DNA of 64,000 nucleotides from a virus. Lineage: Duplodnaviria; Caudoviricetes. How positions within the stretch are numbered: position 1 is the stretch's first letter; every line of letters starts with the position of its first letter. This document shows positions 27,621 to 38,211 of this stretch, piece after piece. The position numbers were made by a program, and so were the translations under genes. Below the pieces are notes generated by a model. The model was not told where the DNA came from, did not search any database, and worked only from the letters and a program-made list of their open reading frames with translations. Where the stretch lies: the IMG/VR virus record IMGVR_UViG_3300015360_000043, positions 774-64,773 of that record; one strand, written 5' to 3'.

Positions 27621-29606
27621 ATGAGCCAAGAAACCTCTCTAGATTTTCTTTACGACCAGCAAGCCGAAACTGCCCCGACGTTCCAAGCCTCCGCAGAAGA
27701 GCGGGCTCGCGCCGAGCGCCTAAAGCAGATGCTCGAAAAGACTGTCACGCAGCATGAAGACGATGCGTACAACCGGCACTGGAAGCAAAACTACGGAATA
27801 GACCGCGACTCCCCCTGGTATGCTAAATTGATCGCCGGGCTAGGTGAAGGCGGGCGCTCGATGGGGGCACGCTCGAAGGACTACCAAAGTCCGCGCAGTC
27901 TGGCGCGGCAGCAAGGGTTAGAGAACTACAAGCTCGCGCAGACGACGGGGCTTGGGCAGCTCAAAGACCTAGGTGCCGACGTTCGAAGCCAGCGGACCCT
28001 CGCGTCGAGCAACTATTACAAATCCCAGGCGGCTGAAAAAGCACTCGCGAACATAATCCTCAAGAGCCAATCGGATGGCGTCAGCAAGAGGTTAACAGAG
28101 GCCAAGATCCGCGAAATCGCCGGACGACTGGAGCTGACCTCTGCCCAAGTTGACAAAGTAATCGCTGAAACGGCACTTACAGAAAAGAAGACTGAAAACT
28201 TCGAGACTGGCATGCTCACTCCCGCGTATCGCAATGCCGAAATACTCGGCAAGAAAGAGGACGGCGGGGCGGCCACCCGAGCGGGGACCTTCGGCGACAT
28301 GTTTGCCGAGAACGTCATTAAACACGGCTCCAGGGCTATGTTTGGCGGCGGCAGCGGCAGCGGCGGCAAGACCAGCACGACCACCTCCGAGCGAGTCATC
28401 AATGACCTCCTCACCGGCCCAAGAAAGGAGTCCTTCACCTCTACCCGAACCACCGGCGGCGGCGGCGGCGGGCGCAACCCTCAGGACATACTCTCCCTCC
28501 TGAAAGGCATAATCCCCAGCATCCCGGGCAGCACGGCGGCACCCCAGCAGGCACCCGGTATGGACCCCCAGATGGCCCCCCAGATGGCCCCCTCCGGGGG
28601 CGCTGATCCCCAGCGGGACGATATTAGCAAAATGGCTCTTGACCGGAATATCAACAACGTACCGCAGGATCCGGCCCCCCAGGCCCAGCCGCCCGCTATG
28701 TTCCAGGCTCCCCAGGCCCAGCCACCGCAGGGGGCACCGCAGGGGGCTCAACAGGGCGCACCGCAGGCCCCGCCCGCAGGAATCCCGCAGTTGCCGGGCC
28801 CGCTCGGAAAAGTCGCAGACGACATGAACGAGAAAACCTGGGTTAGAAAACTTCCCTGGCTGCCCTACGACAACCTAATCCCGGGGTTTAGCAGGTCCAA
28901 GTACTCAATCCCCGCCGTCTACGAGAATAGCTTGGGGGCGATTCCGAGAGGTCAGTCCGATCCCAAACGGGTAATCGAGCGGGAGTCCACCGGGAACTTC
29001 AGCAACCTCATGCACCTCACCCGGAGAGGGCTTATCGACGGAAGCATGAAGGATGTCGCCGGGATATTCCCCCAATGGGGCCAGTACTTGGCCAAGTTCT
29101 CAGAAGAGGGCCGGGCTGCAACCGGAATCGCGGCGGACTATATGTCGGTCACCGCCCTTGCCGATCGCGTCCGGGCTATCTCAGGCCTAACGGTATCGGA
29201 CAAGGAACAAGAGCGCCTTTCAAGGTTGGTCCCGAGCGCCAGAAATTCCCCGGCTGAAATGGCCAAGCTGGCGCTGTATGCGTCCGGCATCATGAGCAAA
29301 ATGCAGTGGATTAAGGACATGAATTTGCCGCCGGCCATGGAAACCGCGCTTGCGGGTGACGAAACCGTGCAGGCCCAGATGAGCGCGGCGTATGACAGCG
29401 CCGTGACCTTTATGGAAATGGCAAAAAGGGCCCGAGAGGAGGGCAAAGATAGCATAGATCTCCCTACTGGTGGGGGCAAGACACAAAAATACCCCATCAA
29501 GAAGATCATGGATCTCGACCTGTATACCCCGCGGATCAAGAAAATTCTCTGGGAAGCCTCCCGTAGACTATACCCAAAAAGTCCCTACCTGCCGCAGGAG
29601 CGCTAA
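27621..29606 (+). CDS. internal virion / ejection protein
   Basis: 661 aa, helical with a QAP-rich linker; SGLTVSDKEQERL motif common in ejection proteins. Confidence 0.7.
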   Translation: MSQETSLDFLYDQQAETAPTFQASAEERARAERLKQMLEKTVTQHEDDAYNRHWKQNYGIDRDSPWYAKLIAGLGEGGRSMGARSKDYQSPRSLARQQGLENYKLAQTTGLGQLKDLGADVRSQRTLASSNYYKSQAAEKALANIILKSQSDGVSKRLTEAKIREIAGRLELTSAQVDKVIAETALTEKKTENFETGMLTPAYRNAEILGKKEDGGAATRAGTFGDMFAENVIKHGSRAMFGGGSGSGGKTSTTTSERVINDLLTGPRKESFTSTRTTGGGGGGRNPQDILSLLKGIIPSIPGSTAAPQQAPGMDPQMAPQMAPSGGADPQRDDISKMALDRNINNVPQDPAPQAQPPAMFQAPQAQPPQGAPQGAQQGAPQAPPAGIPQLPGPLGKVADDMNEKTWVRKLPWLPYDNLIPGFSRSKYSIPAVYENSLGAIPRGQSDPKRVIERESTGNFSNLMHLTRRGLIDGSMKDVAGIFPQWGQYLAKFSEEGRAATGIAADYMSVTALADRVRAISGLTVSDKEQERLSRLVPSARNSPAEMAKLALYASGIMSKMQWIKDMNLPPAMETALAGDETVQAQMSAAYDSAVTFMEMAKRAREEGKDSIDLPTGGGKTQKYPIKKIMDLDLYTPRIKKILWEASRRLYPKSPYLPQER

Positions 29607-29611
29607 ACCCT

Positions 29612-31794
29612 ATGTTTGACCAACAAGTACTAGACCTATCTCTCCTCGACGACGCCGAAGAGGAACTCGCCAAAGCAAAGGCCCTTCGCGGACTAAAAGG
29701 TAAGCAGCCCGCCATCGTTGGCAAATTCGACGACATGGGGCGAGCCTCCGTGCCGGACCCGCAAAATCTCCAAGGCATGAAAGCCCCCCCCTCCGGGGCC
29801 GACAACATAGCGCGGTTCTTGGCCAGCATAGCCTCTGCCGGGGCCGGAGGAGCCATGGCTTCTCGCTCGCCCATCGGGGCCGGGTTCGGGGCCGGGATCC
29901 AAGGCCTCATGAACGCGGGCCGAATGGTGGCCGGCCAAGAACTCCCTGACGTGTTCTCCCGGGAGAACCTGGGCCATCTGGCCGGCGGCGGTGCCGGTGG
30001 AGCTGCGGCCAAAGTCCCCGGTCTGGGCCGGCTCGGGTCCAACCTACTCCAGGGCGTGTCCTCCGGGGCCACCCAGGGGGCTATCATGACCCCCGACAAG
30101 CCTGGGGAAGGGGCGCTCCAAGGCGGGCTCCTGGGGGGCGTCATGGATGCCACCGCGGGCAGCTTCGGTACCCGGGCCCTCAAAACCCCGGCGATGGTTG
30201 CCGAAAAAACCGTGCGCGAGATGCGCCGCATGGCGGACACCGGGGCCTCCACCAACCTAGTGACCGACCTGGGCGACACCGCCCGGAGCTACGGGCCTAC
30301 CCTACAAGCCCTGGAGAGCTACTACCACCCGACCAGCGTTAGTAAGCGCATGGCGCGAGAAGCCCAGTATGCTGACTTGAATAAGCAGCGAGCAACCGCG
30401 CAACGCGACTAAACAGTCAATCAAAGGACATCAAAGCGAGCATAGCTCAGTCCGGTACTGAAATCCAGCAAAAGGCCGCACAGCGGCTACAGCTTGCTCA
30501 AGAGGCGATAGACGCCGAGCAGCCGAACAGCCGCGAGCTGATAGACCAAGCAAGCCGCGAATTACGGGCAACCCGGTCCCGACTGCAACAGGTCGAGCTC
30601 GAAGTTGACAAAACGAAATACGCGGAGGCCTCCACGCCATTGGAACTTCAGCAGCGGCTGAAAGCAAGGACGTCCGAGTTTGAAAAAGCCCAAGAGCTCT
30701 ACAAGTCCCGCGAGACACTCACGGACTCGAAACTCCGTGAAGAGTACGATGATGCCCGGGAGGCTTTTGACGTAGCGGTGCCCTCGGAATCAGAGCTCTT
30801 CAAAGGGCTCGACCTGGACACGAGGCAAAAGTACCTGAAGGCCAAAAAGAGCCTGGACACGATAAAAAGCCGGCACAGCAGTTTGGCAACGACCCGCAAG
30901 CTCGACCTGGATCAAGAATTAGGGCTCAAGCAGATTAGCAATGAGCTCGTAAGAGTTGGGCAGCATCACGGCGCTGTAGGCCTTGATCCCCAAGAGGTCA
31001 TGAAGTACCCAAACCAGAGGGCTTTCCTGGCCGCCCTGGCCGGCAGCGGCTCCAAAACCCCCGTGATGGATTTCATCCGAAAGCAGCATACCCGAGCGAC
31101 GGGATCATCGGGGCAAGCGTCCCCGTCGAGTATCGTCAAAGGGATGGAAGAGACGTTCCCTTCTGGCAGCCCGCAGCGAAAAAACTTCGCCGGCAACTTC
31201 CTCAAGGAGTTCATGGATGACCTCCGGGAAAACACGACGGCGACCCCCACTAACCCGTTCGGCACGATCAACCCAGAAAAAATGAATCAGGCGCTGAAGG
31301 AGTTCAACCACGAGACCCTTAACGCCATGATGGACAATAAAGACGCCTACGAGACCCTGAAGGGCTTTGTGAACAACCTCGACAAGGCTGAAAAGTATGG
31401 CCGGGGCAACAAGGCGGCTATCCTACGGGCCAGTGGCGGGCTCGGCGGAGGCGGGCTCATGTTCTTCATGGGCAACCACGCGCTCGGAAACACAAACAGC
31501 CTCGAAAGCACCTTGGGCGCGGTAACCACCGGAGCCGCTGCAATCGGCGTGCTATCCTGGCCAAAGATCGCCAACGCCTTCATGGAGGGGAACTCCGGGG
31601 TCGGACAGGCGATTCGGAAATTCGCCAAGTCCACCAACGCCGGGGGCGCGATGAATGCCTTGAGAAATGACATACTCTCGTTGGCCAAGAACGGCAAGGT
31701 CTCGCTGGTCAAAAAACAAATGGCCACGCCAAAGCTGCCCTCCTCGACCCTGATCCCGCAGGATATCGTAGACGGCATGGCAGCACAAGACTAA
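29612..31794 (+). CDS. large internal virion protein split by a -1 frameshift near 30385-30412
   Basis: ORF 29612-30412 stops at TAA; the adjacent frame is open from 30385 to 31794 with continuous helical sequence. Confidence 0.65.
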
Positions 31795-31808
31795 CCGGTC
31801 AAAACGAC

Positions 31809-31844
31809 AAAAAGGGCCACCCGTTAAAGGTGGCCTATTTTTTT
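31809..31844. terminator. bidirectional terminator between the two converging arms
   Basis: AAAAA-GGGCCACC-CGTTAAA-GGTGGCCT-ATTTTTTT. Confidence 0.85.
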
Positions 31845-32754
31845 ACAGCGGCTTGAGTTTTAACTGAGTCGCCACCGGCTCGGGGGTTTCTTTTTTGGCC
31901 GGCTGGTCGTAAAACTTCACGTTCTTCCGAAGAGCGCTCTCCCCGCTTTTGTACCGAACCCGAAGATCATTATGCTGATTGACCGTAACCGGGGTATCCT
32001 CCGGCGGCTCCCCGTGGCGTAGCTCAAACCTCATGGTAGCATTCCAGGCCTTCCAGTCCAACCCGGGCATGTAATGACCCCGCTGGACAGTGATTAGCGA
32101 GTCTGGAGCGGCCCGCCACTTGTTCGCTCCCCGGAAGTTATCCATAGAGAGCCCGTCGTGTTCTGCCGCATGCTGACCCTTCGGCGGCTTGCTAAAATGG
32201 TGCGTGATAACTACCGACAAATCATACCGGACAAACTCCGCCCGCAAATCCTCCAGCACATGGAACAGCCTGGATATCTCTGTGTTAGAGTTTTCATCCC
32301 AGGCGTGCATGTTGCTGATCGGATCCAGTATCAACACATTCGCTTCAGTTTCCCGCAGCCGGGCCTTCAGTTCCTTCACCCCCTCCGAGGTGTCCAACAT
32401 CAACAACGGATCCTGACTGACGTAAAACAGCCGGCTGGCGAAGTCAGCCCGATTCGCCGTTTTGTTGATCTTATTCACCCGCTCTTGCAGCCCATACTCG
32501 CCGACTTCCTTCTCTACATACAGCACGCGGGCCTTCTGAGGTACCAAAAAATCCGGGTGACCGAACAAATTCTCCCCGGTTCCCAGCGAGCGGGCTATCT
32601 CCAAGTCAATCAGCGACTTCCCGATCTTCGGCAGCCCGCCGAACAGCAAAACTCCGCGCTTCGGCAAAATGGCCGGCTGTATCCATGACGGCAAGCCGAC
32701 CAATTCCCTATCCATCAAATCAGCAAATGATTGAGCGGGAATGCCCGCACTCAT
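31843..32754 (-). CDS. RepA-like (AAA_25) SF4-type DNA helicase
   Basis: GGLPKIGKS Walker A, VLYVEKE, LILDPIS Walker B, ITHHFSK, FRGA. Confidence 0.85.
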   Translation of the reverse strand: MSAGIPAQSFADLMDRELVGLPSWIQPAILPKRGVLLFGGLPKIGKSLIDLEIARSLGTGENLFGHPDFLVPQKARVLYVEKEVGEYGLQERVNKINKTANRADFASRLFYVSQDPLLMLDTSEGVKELKARLRETEANVLILDPISNMHAWDENSNTEISRLFHVLEDLRAEFVRYDLSVVITHHFSKPPKGQHAAEHDGLSMDNFRGANKWRAAPDSLITVQRGHYMPGLDWKAWNATMRFELRHGEPPEDTPVTVNQHNDLRVRYKSGESALRKNVKFYDQPAKKETPEPVATQLKLKPL

Positions 32755-32755
32755 C

Positions 32756-33280
32756 CTAGCTTGCCTTCACGCCGCCAAGGGCAGCCAGCACCCGCTTAAC
32801 GACCCCGGGGACTACCTCATCCGAGGGCACCTCGACGTTTGCAGGTTCGACTACTTCGCTCGGACTCACTTCAGCTTCCTCAGACCTTCCCGTAGTCGCA
32901 CCCAGCACCATATCCGCCAACACCTCCGGGACGTCGGGGTAATTCAGCCCGCCTTGTGTGTTGATCCACACCCGCAAGATATTCACGTAGTTAATGATGT
33001 CATCAAAGGTGTCATCCAAGGACTCGTCGCTGAAGTTCGCCGGTAGGCTGCCGGTGGTTTTGAAAACCGTCAGTACATTTCGAAGACGGCCAAACTTATC
33101 TCCCACCCGGGTCATGATGCCGTCTACAACAGTAGTGTCCGCAAAGGACGCCGACGACAAAAAGTTCTCAAAGGGCTCGTCTTCATTTGCGTACTTCAGA
33201 ACCCTTTCCCGCTGTACACTGGCCGCCCGGATAAGCGCCATCTGACATAGGGCCAAATACTTGTTCTTGTTAGTCATCAA
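32756..33280 (-). CDS. nucleotide-modification-associated domain 1 (DUF1599-like) protein
   Basis: KYA...PFENF...RVGDKFGRL...DESLDDTFDDIINY. Confidence 0.7.
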   Translation of the reverse strand: MMTNKNKYLALCQMALIRAASVQRERVLKYANEDEPFENFLSSASFADTTVVDGIMTRVGDKFGRLRNVLTVFKTTGSLPANFSDESLDDTFDDIINYVNILRVWINTQGGLNYPDVPEVLADMVLGATTGRSEEAEVSPSEVVEPANVEVPSDEVVPGVVKRVLAALGGVKAS

Positions 33281-34082
33281 TCCTCATTTTGTAATCCTTC
33301 GCCGGCTGCCATAGCTTCCCCTGGCTATCCTTGAATTTATTCCCAAACAGGTCAAACACGTAATGGTTAAAGTTCCCGTTCGGCTGGAAGTGAAATTCAG
33401 CAAACGCCTGCTGCCAATTTGTCGGTGCGCCTCTCAAATACGACGCATTGTACTCACACAGGCACCCAAGGCTCTCTCCGGTTTTTGTGTCGTCTCGTCC
33501 GACAGTCACCTTGCTGTGAAGCTGACGGCTATGCAAGTGCCCGTAGAACACATTCCGGTCAAACCGCTCGACGTGGGTTTTCGCATGGCTTGGCCCCGTG
33601 TACATGCCATGGATGAACGCCGCTTTGCCTATTGATAGAATAGCAGACTTAGACCAAAAGGGCACCCAGGTTACAGTGGCGTTGTAAGCGCCGGGCTCGT
33701 TCAACCTCAGCCCCGAGGTCACATTCACCAGCCCGTCGAGCTGCGGGTTTTTCGCAATCAGCCTCTCGGCTCGGAACTCATGATTCCCTTCGATGTACCA
33801 GATCGGGGCCCCGAGGTTGTAGATCAGATCCTGCAAGACTCGGCGGCCCGCCGCGTAGTCTCTCGCCAGCCGGGTACCCTCCACGGCCTTGAGGTTATCA
33901 ACGTTGTGCCCGCTGATGCACCCCAGGTCCAGGAAGTCCCCTAGGATGACCACGCGGTCATACTTTTGCTGCTTCGCGTACTGCATCATCGTCGAGTAGG
34001 ACTTCATATCCAACCCACCGACATAAGCCCCTTTGGCCTCAACGTGCATGTCCGGCAATACCAATACCCGCTCTTCTCTCAT
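33270..34082 (-). CDS. calcineurin-like metallophosphoesterase
   Basis: DMH, GDFLD, GNHE, HG and GHLH motifs. Confidence 0.88.
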   Translation of the reverse strand: MREERVLVLPDMHVEAKGAYVGGLDMKSYSTMMQYAKQQKYDRVVILGDFLDLGCISGHNVDNLKAVEGTRLARDYAAGRRVLQDLIYNLGAPIWYIEGNHEFRAERLIAKNPQLDGLVNVTSGLRLNEPGAYNATVTWVPFWSKSAILSIGKAAFIHGMYTGPSHAKTHVERFDRNVFYGHLHSRQLHSKVTVGRDDTKTGESLGCLCEYNASYLRGAPTNWQQAFAEFHFQPNGNFNHYVFDLFGNKFKDSQGKLWQPAKDYKMRIDD

Positions 34083-34462
34083 TTACCAGAACCCTCGGGA
34101 CCGGAGATATCCGGCCTGGGAGGGCCAAAGCTCGGCGGGGCCTCGACGGTAGCCGCTGCCTGGGCTTGCACCAGATGCTCAAAGAGGCCGCCCAGCGCAG
34201 ATAGAGGGGCCGGAGGGGCGGGGTCCCCGAGGGGCTTTACCAAGTGGATTTTGGACACCCTCTTGACCTCTGTCTGTTCCACGGTGCTCTGCTGCGCCGC
34301 GGCTAATTCATGTTCCAGCCGGAACACTTCCTGCTCGTACAGGGTGATTAGGTTGAGGAACGCAAAGTAAGTCGCGTCGATATCCCGGGCGTTTAAACGC
34401 GACGTCTCCAGCCGGGCCTGTATGAAATTCGCGGTAGCCGCTATGTTATTTGTGACTGACAT
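34079..34462 (-). CDS. hypothetical protein
   Basis: ORF overlapping both neighbours; coiled segment. Confidence 0.6.
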   Translation of the reverse strand: MSVTNNIAATANFIQARLETSRLNARDIDATYFAFLNLITLYEQEVFRLEHELAAAQQSTVEQTEVKRVSKIHLVKPLGDPAPPAPLSALGGLFEHLVQAQAAATVEAPPSFGPPRPDISGPEGSGK

Positions 34463-34814
34463 TCAAAACCTCTCGTACTTCGACGTCGCTCGGCAACATC
34501 CCGGGGCGACCTTGGACATATGCTGTTTGAACAAACAGGGCCGCGGCCAGCAAGGCATAAACGGCCTTCTCTGGGGTTAGAGCTACGGGGGCATCAGTTG
34601 CCGGCATAGCCAAAAGCTCGCGAATCGGCTCTAACAGCGCCTCAGCGAACTCCCGCAGCCGCCGGCGGTCGCTATCCCCGAATGGTCCTGTCTTGACAGG
34701 CCGGGAAGACATTGTGAAAGTGTTGTTGATTGCAACAGCGATTTCTCGCTGCGTGAAGTTTTCATTTTGTACCATTATCACCTTTAGACTAGCAATTTTC
34801 TGAACAAAAGGCAA
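34446..34814 (-). CDS. hypothetical protein (start uncertain)
   Basis: ORF tiling. Confidence 0.55.
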   Translation of the reverse strand: MPFVQKIASLKVIMVQNENFTQREIAVAINNTFTMSSRPVKTGPFGDSDRRRLREFAEALLEPIRELLAMPATDAPVALTPEKAVYALLAAALFVQTAYVQGRPGMLPSDVEVREVLNVSHK

Positions 34815-34855
34815 ATAGCCCTTCGGGAAGAAGGGCCGTATGCTGCCGGCTACCT

Positions 34856-36040
34856 CTAGGACTCGTTCATGTCAGGTTCTTTCGTGACTTGGTAATCGGG
34901 GTTAAAATACTTGGCAATCTTTCTCTCGAAAGCCGGGGAAAGCGAGACCCGCTGGTCTACCTTTCGGACTACCACCCCCTCGCGAATATGATTGGCCCCG
35001 AGGATACGACTCTTCCCCTGGCAGGCCCCCTCAAGCTCCTTGCCAAACAATTCTTGAGCAGTAGCAAACGTCCCGGTGAAGATCAACGGCGGCACTTCAA
35101 AGCCCCGGCTTATCAGCAACGCCCGGCGAGATCTTGTGTCGATATACTCGCCTGTCTTGGTGTTCAGGAGGTCAAAAGCCCTAAACTTGACTTCGCCGGG
35201 GATAGTCCCGTAGTTGAGGTACTGCACGCCGGTACCGTATACCTCGCCGAACAACACCTCGCCTTCCGTCAGCTTTGAAAACACGTCGTAGAGTTTGGCG
35301 ACTCGACCCCACCAGTTGCCCGGCTTGCCGGCTGCCACGTACCAGTCCGATATGCCCGCATGAGTCCGCAGCCCCTTGATCGCATGATGACTACCAACGA
35401 TATCCCGAACAACCTTTGCCGGCGACACCCCCAGCAGCTTCTTCAACTCATACCAAGCCTTGGTATACCACGGGCTACCCAGAGGCAGCACATTGGTCAC
35501 CAAGAGCTTACCGTACCGCGCATTGGCCCCGTGGATCTTTTCCTCGATTTCGACATAATCGTCTGGGGCGAAAAAGTCATACCCTACCCGGCGGATGGTC
35601 GGAAACTTCGAATACTCTACAAACCCAGCCCGGATAATCTCCCGTTTGAGGTTGAAATACTTGCTAATCTCGCCGACTTTCACCCCCAGCTCATACAGCG
35701 GCTGGTACTTGGTAATCCCGAGGATCTCGGACACCTCATCCCCCTCTACGGCCCCTACAGGGGCCTTCACCAGCAGGCCTTCCGAGTAGACATTCCGAAG
35801 GCGCACAGCTCGAACCCGGCGGTGCCGCTGGTCGTCTAGCCCCTTATGCACATAGTCGTACTCCGGCAGAAACGGCACCACCGAATCCTCAGGCACAAAC
35901 ACTCCAAGGTCGCCCGGCTGCCACTCCTCCGTCCGCACAACCACGGGGTACTCAAACACCTTGGTGATGGATAGCAAATCCGCGTTGGGATGCTTGTTCA
36001 AAGCCCCTACCTTAACCACAATACATTCTGCTTGTCTCAT
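34856..36040 (-). CDS. RNA ligase, DRB0094/Rnl5 family
   Basis: N-terminal OB domain (HPNADLL...SEGLL), EEKIHGAN motif I, FGEVYG, FRAFD, REGVVVR, AKYFNPDY. Confidence 0.88.
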   Translation of the reverse strand: MRQAECIVVKVGALNKHPNADLLSITKVFEYPVVVRTEEWQPGDLGVFVPEDSVVPFLPEYDYVHKGLDDQRHRRVRAVRLRNVYSEGLLVKAPVGAVEGDEVSEILGITKYQPLYELGVKVGEISKYFNLKREIIRAGFVEYSKFPTIRRVGYDFFAPDDYVEIEEKIHGANARYGKLLVTNVLPLGSPWYTKAWYELKKLLGVSPAKVVRDIVGSHHAIKGLRTHAGISDWYVAAGKPGNWWGRVAKLYDVFSKLTEGEVLFGEVYGTGVQYLNYGTIPGEVKFRAFDLLNTKTGEYIDTRSRRALLISRGFEVPPLIFTGTFATAQELFGKELEGACQGKSRILGANHIREGVVVRKVDQRVSLSPAFERKIAKYFNPDYQVTKEPDMNES

Positions 36041-38211
36041 AATTTTACAAACTCCTGGTAAGCCGGGCCGAAACTAAAGTCAGCCGCCATCCGATGTTTT
36101 ACTTTTTTCTTATCCTCATGGAGGAACACATACGAGCCTTCGTGCTGCTCAAACTCCGTCATGCTTGCCCAGTGGGGCCCCACTTCCATCTTAACCGGGC
36201 ATGTAAATCCTGGCAAGCGAGCCGTACTCAGTTCCATGAATTTACCTATCTGGTAAACCTCCTCCGGGGGTATGGTTTTCAGCAACGACTTCACCAGCGC
36301 GTCGTGGATCATGCCCTGGAAGATGAGCCCCTTCTGGCGGGAAAACTCCAGCATGACCGCCGTAGCATGGTCAGCGCCGGTCCCTTGGCCCAGAAAGGCC
36401 ACCGTCAGCTTGGCATTTTTCTCAGCGGTGTCATTGAGTTCTAAAAAGCGCCCGGTTGGCGATTGCACATACCCGTTGAGCTCGGCCTTTACCGTCTCGG
36501 CCTGCTGCCAGCGCCGGATGAACGGAAACGCCGAAAAGTAGATATCTTCCTGGATTTCAAGCGCCTTGGCCCGGCTGGCTAACGACTTGTCGCCAAACAT
36601 GCTCGCGGCCAGATGCGACCCGGTGAAGGCCACTGCCTTACCGCCGTAATACCAATCCTCCGGCAGCTCCGGCATGTATTCTTTAAGGTAAACCCGTAGA
36701 GCCCCGGCGGCGATTTCCTTCTTGAACCGAAGGCTATTCAAATCCTGCTTGCTTAGCAGCTTAAAGCCCATGAGGTAGTTGGACCCATGGGAGACCATCT
36801 TACCAATATCCCTAGGCTTGCCCCCGTACTTTTGCGCTGCCCGCTCAAACCTACCTCCCGACTGCTCAACCAGCCATGTGAAGGCGTCCGCCCCAATCAC
36901 GGACTGATCCACCCCGGCCAAGTACAGAATAATCCGCAACTCAAGCTGGCTAAAGTCGGCCTCGAACAAAAAATGCTCAGGCGTCTCAGGCACAAACGCC
37001 CGGCGGATCAGCTTCCCCCACCCGCGCTTGGGGACATTTTGTAGGTTTGGCCGCGACGACGAGAGCCGGCCTGTCGAAGTGCCTGTGATGACAAATCGGG
37101 GGTGTAGCTTACGGTCGGGTCCGAAGTACTGGTCCCCAAACCAGCTCTTACTGCCTTTGCCGGCAATCTTGTACGCATGGAGATCGGCCAGAGCTCTAAC
37201 TGTTTCTGATAGAGGCTCTCCGGTGTCAATAGCCTCGTCCAGAAAGCCTCGCAAGTCTTCGAACTTTTCGAAATCATACCCCTCGTCCCTGGACCTCTTT
37301 ACCAGCGTTTCTTGTATCGCGTCCTTGTCGGTCTTTTTCAGCTTCACGTCCCGGGCCGCAAACCATGCCAGAACTTCCTTGGGCGACTTGGGGTTAAACC
37401 GGTACCCTTCGTCGCCGGCGAGCGGAAACAGCTTGACCTGCTCGACTTTCATCCGGGCATCAAGGGTCTTGATGTACTCGTGGTCTACCGCGGTCCCGGT
37501 GTCTTGCATTTGGAGACTGATAGTCTGCAACTCGTGTAAGTCGTCAATCACCACCTGAGACATGTTTTTCTCGGCCAATAACTTCCGCACCTCAATGTCC
37601 CCAATCAGCCCCACCCAGGAGTCTATCGCACAATACCCTAAAACATCGTGCCGCGGGCAGTAGCTTTCCGAGCAATCCCGGCCTCGGCAGATCTTCCATT
37701 GCGGCAAATCCGTATGCAACAACCCCATCACGCCCAAATTCATCAAACCCAGGCTTTCGGTGTCCTCTTCCTTGGTGGGCATTTTACAAAGCCCGTGGTG
37801 GGCGAGCCAGAAAGTCAGCAGCGAGTCTTTCCAGGCCTGCCAAGGCGTCGTCAAGCCGGCTGAGGCCTCCAGGATGGGTTTGTCGGCGGACAGCACGCTA
37901 TGCCCGACGTACTTGAGCCCCCGGGCCTCTGCCGTCTCGGCTACCCACTTGCCTAGCTCGATATTCCAGTAGCATGCCGCCGCGGCGGTCAGGCCGGCTA
38001 CGCCAAGAATCTCGGCCTTTAGGCCATAGAACTCGAAGTCGATACCCAGGTCGCCGCCGGCGGGGATACTTTCGACAATCCGCCGCACCGACGCCTCGTC
38101 CCGGTAAACCTTCGGAAAAGGATCATAGGTGCCCTGGTGGTCGCCGGCAAACAAGGACCGTTGAACGTATTCTTCGTCAGAAGGTAGGATGATTTTTTTT
38201 AGCTTGCTCAT
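36037..38211 (-). CDS. polA: family A DNA polymerase with 3'-5' exonuclease
   Basis: IDFE, YCAID, TGRLSSSRPNLQN, ADFSQLELR, RDIGKMVSHGSNY, QGTGAD, IHDAL. Confidence 0.95.
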   Translation of the reverse strand: MSKLKKIILPSDEEYVQRSLFAGDHQGTYDPFPKVYRDEASVRRIVESIPAGGDLGIDFEFYGLKAEILGVAGLTAAAACYWNIELGKWVAETAEARGLKYVGHSVLSADKPILEASAGLTTPWQAWKDSLLTFWLAHHGLCKMPTKEEDTESLGLMNLGVMGLLHTDLPQWKICRGRDCSESYCPRHDVLGYCAIDSWVGLIGDIEVRKLLAEKNMSQVVIDDLHELQTISLQMQDTGTAVDHEYIKTLDARMKVEQVKLFPLAGDEGYRFNPKSPKEVLAWFAARDVKLKKTDKDAIQETLVKRSRDEGYDFEKFEDLRGFLDEAIDTGEPLSETVRALADLHAYKIAGKGSKSWFGDQYFGPDRKLHPRFVITGTSTGRLSSSRPNLQNVPKRGWGKLIRRAFVPETPEHFLFEADFSQLELRIILYLAGVDQSVIGADAFTWLVEQSGGRFERAAQKYGGKPRDIGKMVSHGSNYLMGFKLLSKQDLNSLRFKKEIAAGALRVYLKEYMPELPEDWYYGGKAVAFTGSHLAASMFGDKSLASRAKALEIQEDIYFSAFPFIRRWQQAETVKAELNGYVQSPTGRFLELNDTAEKNAKLTVAFLGQGTGADHATAVMLEFSRQKGLIFQGMIHDALVKSLLKTIPPEEVYQIGKFMELSTARLPGFTCPVKMEVGPHWASMTEFEQHEGSYVFLHEDKKKVKHRMAADFSFGPAYQEFVKL

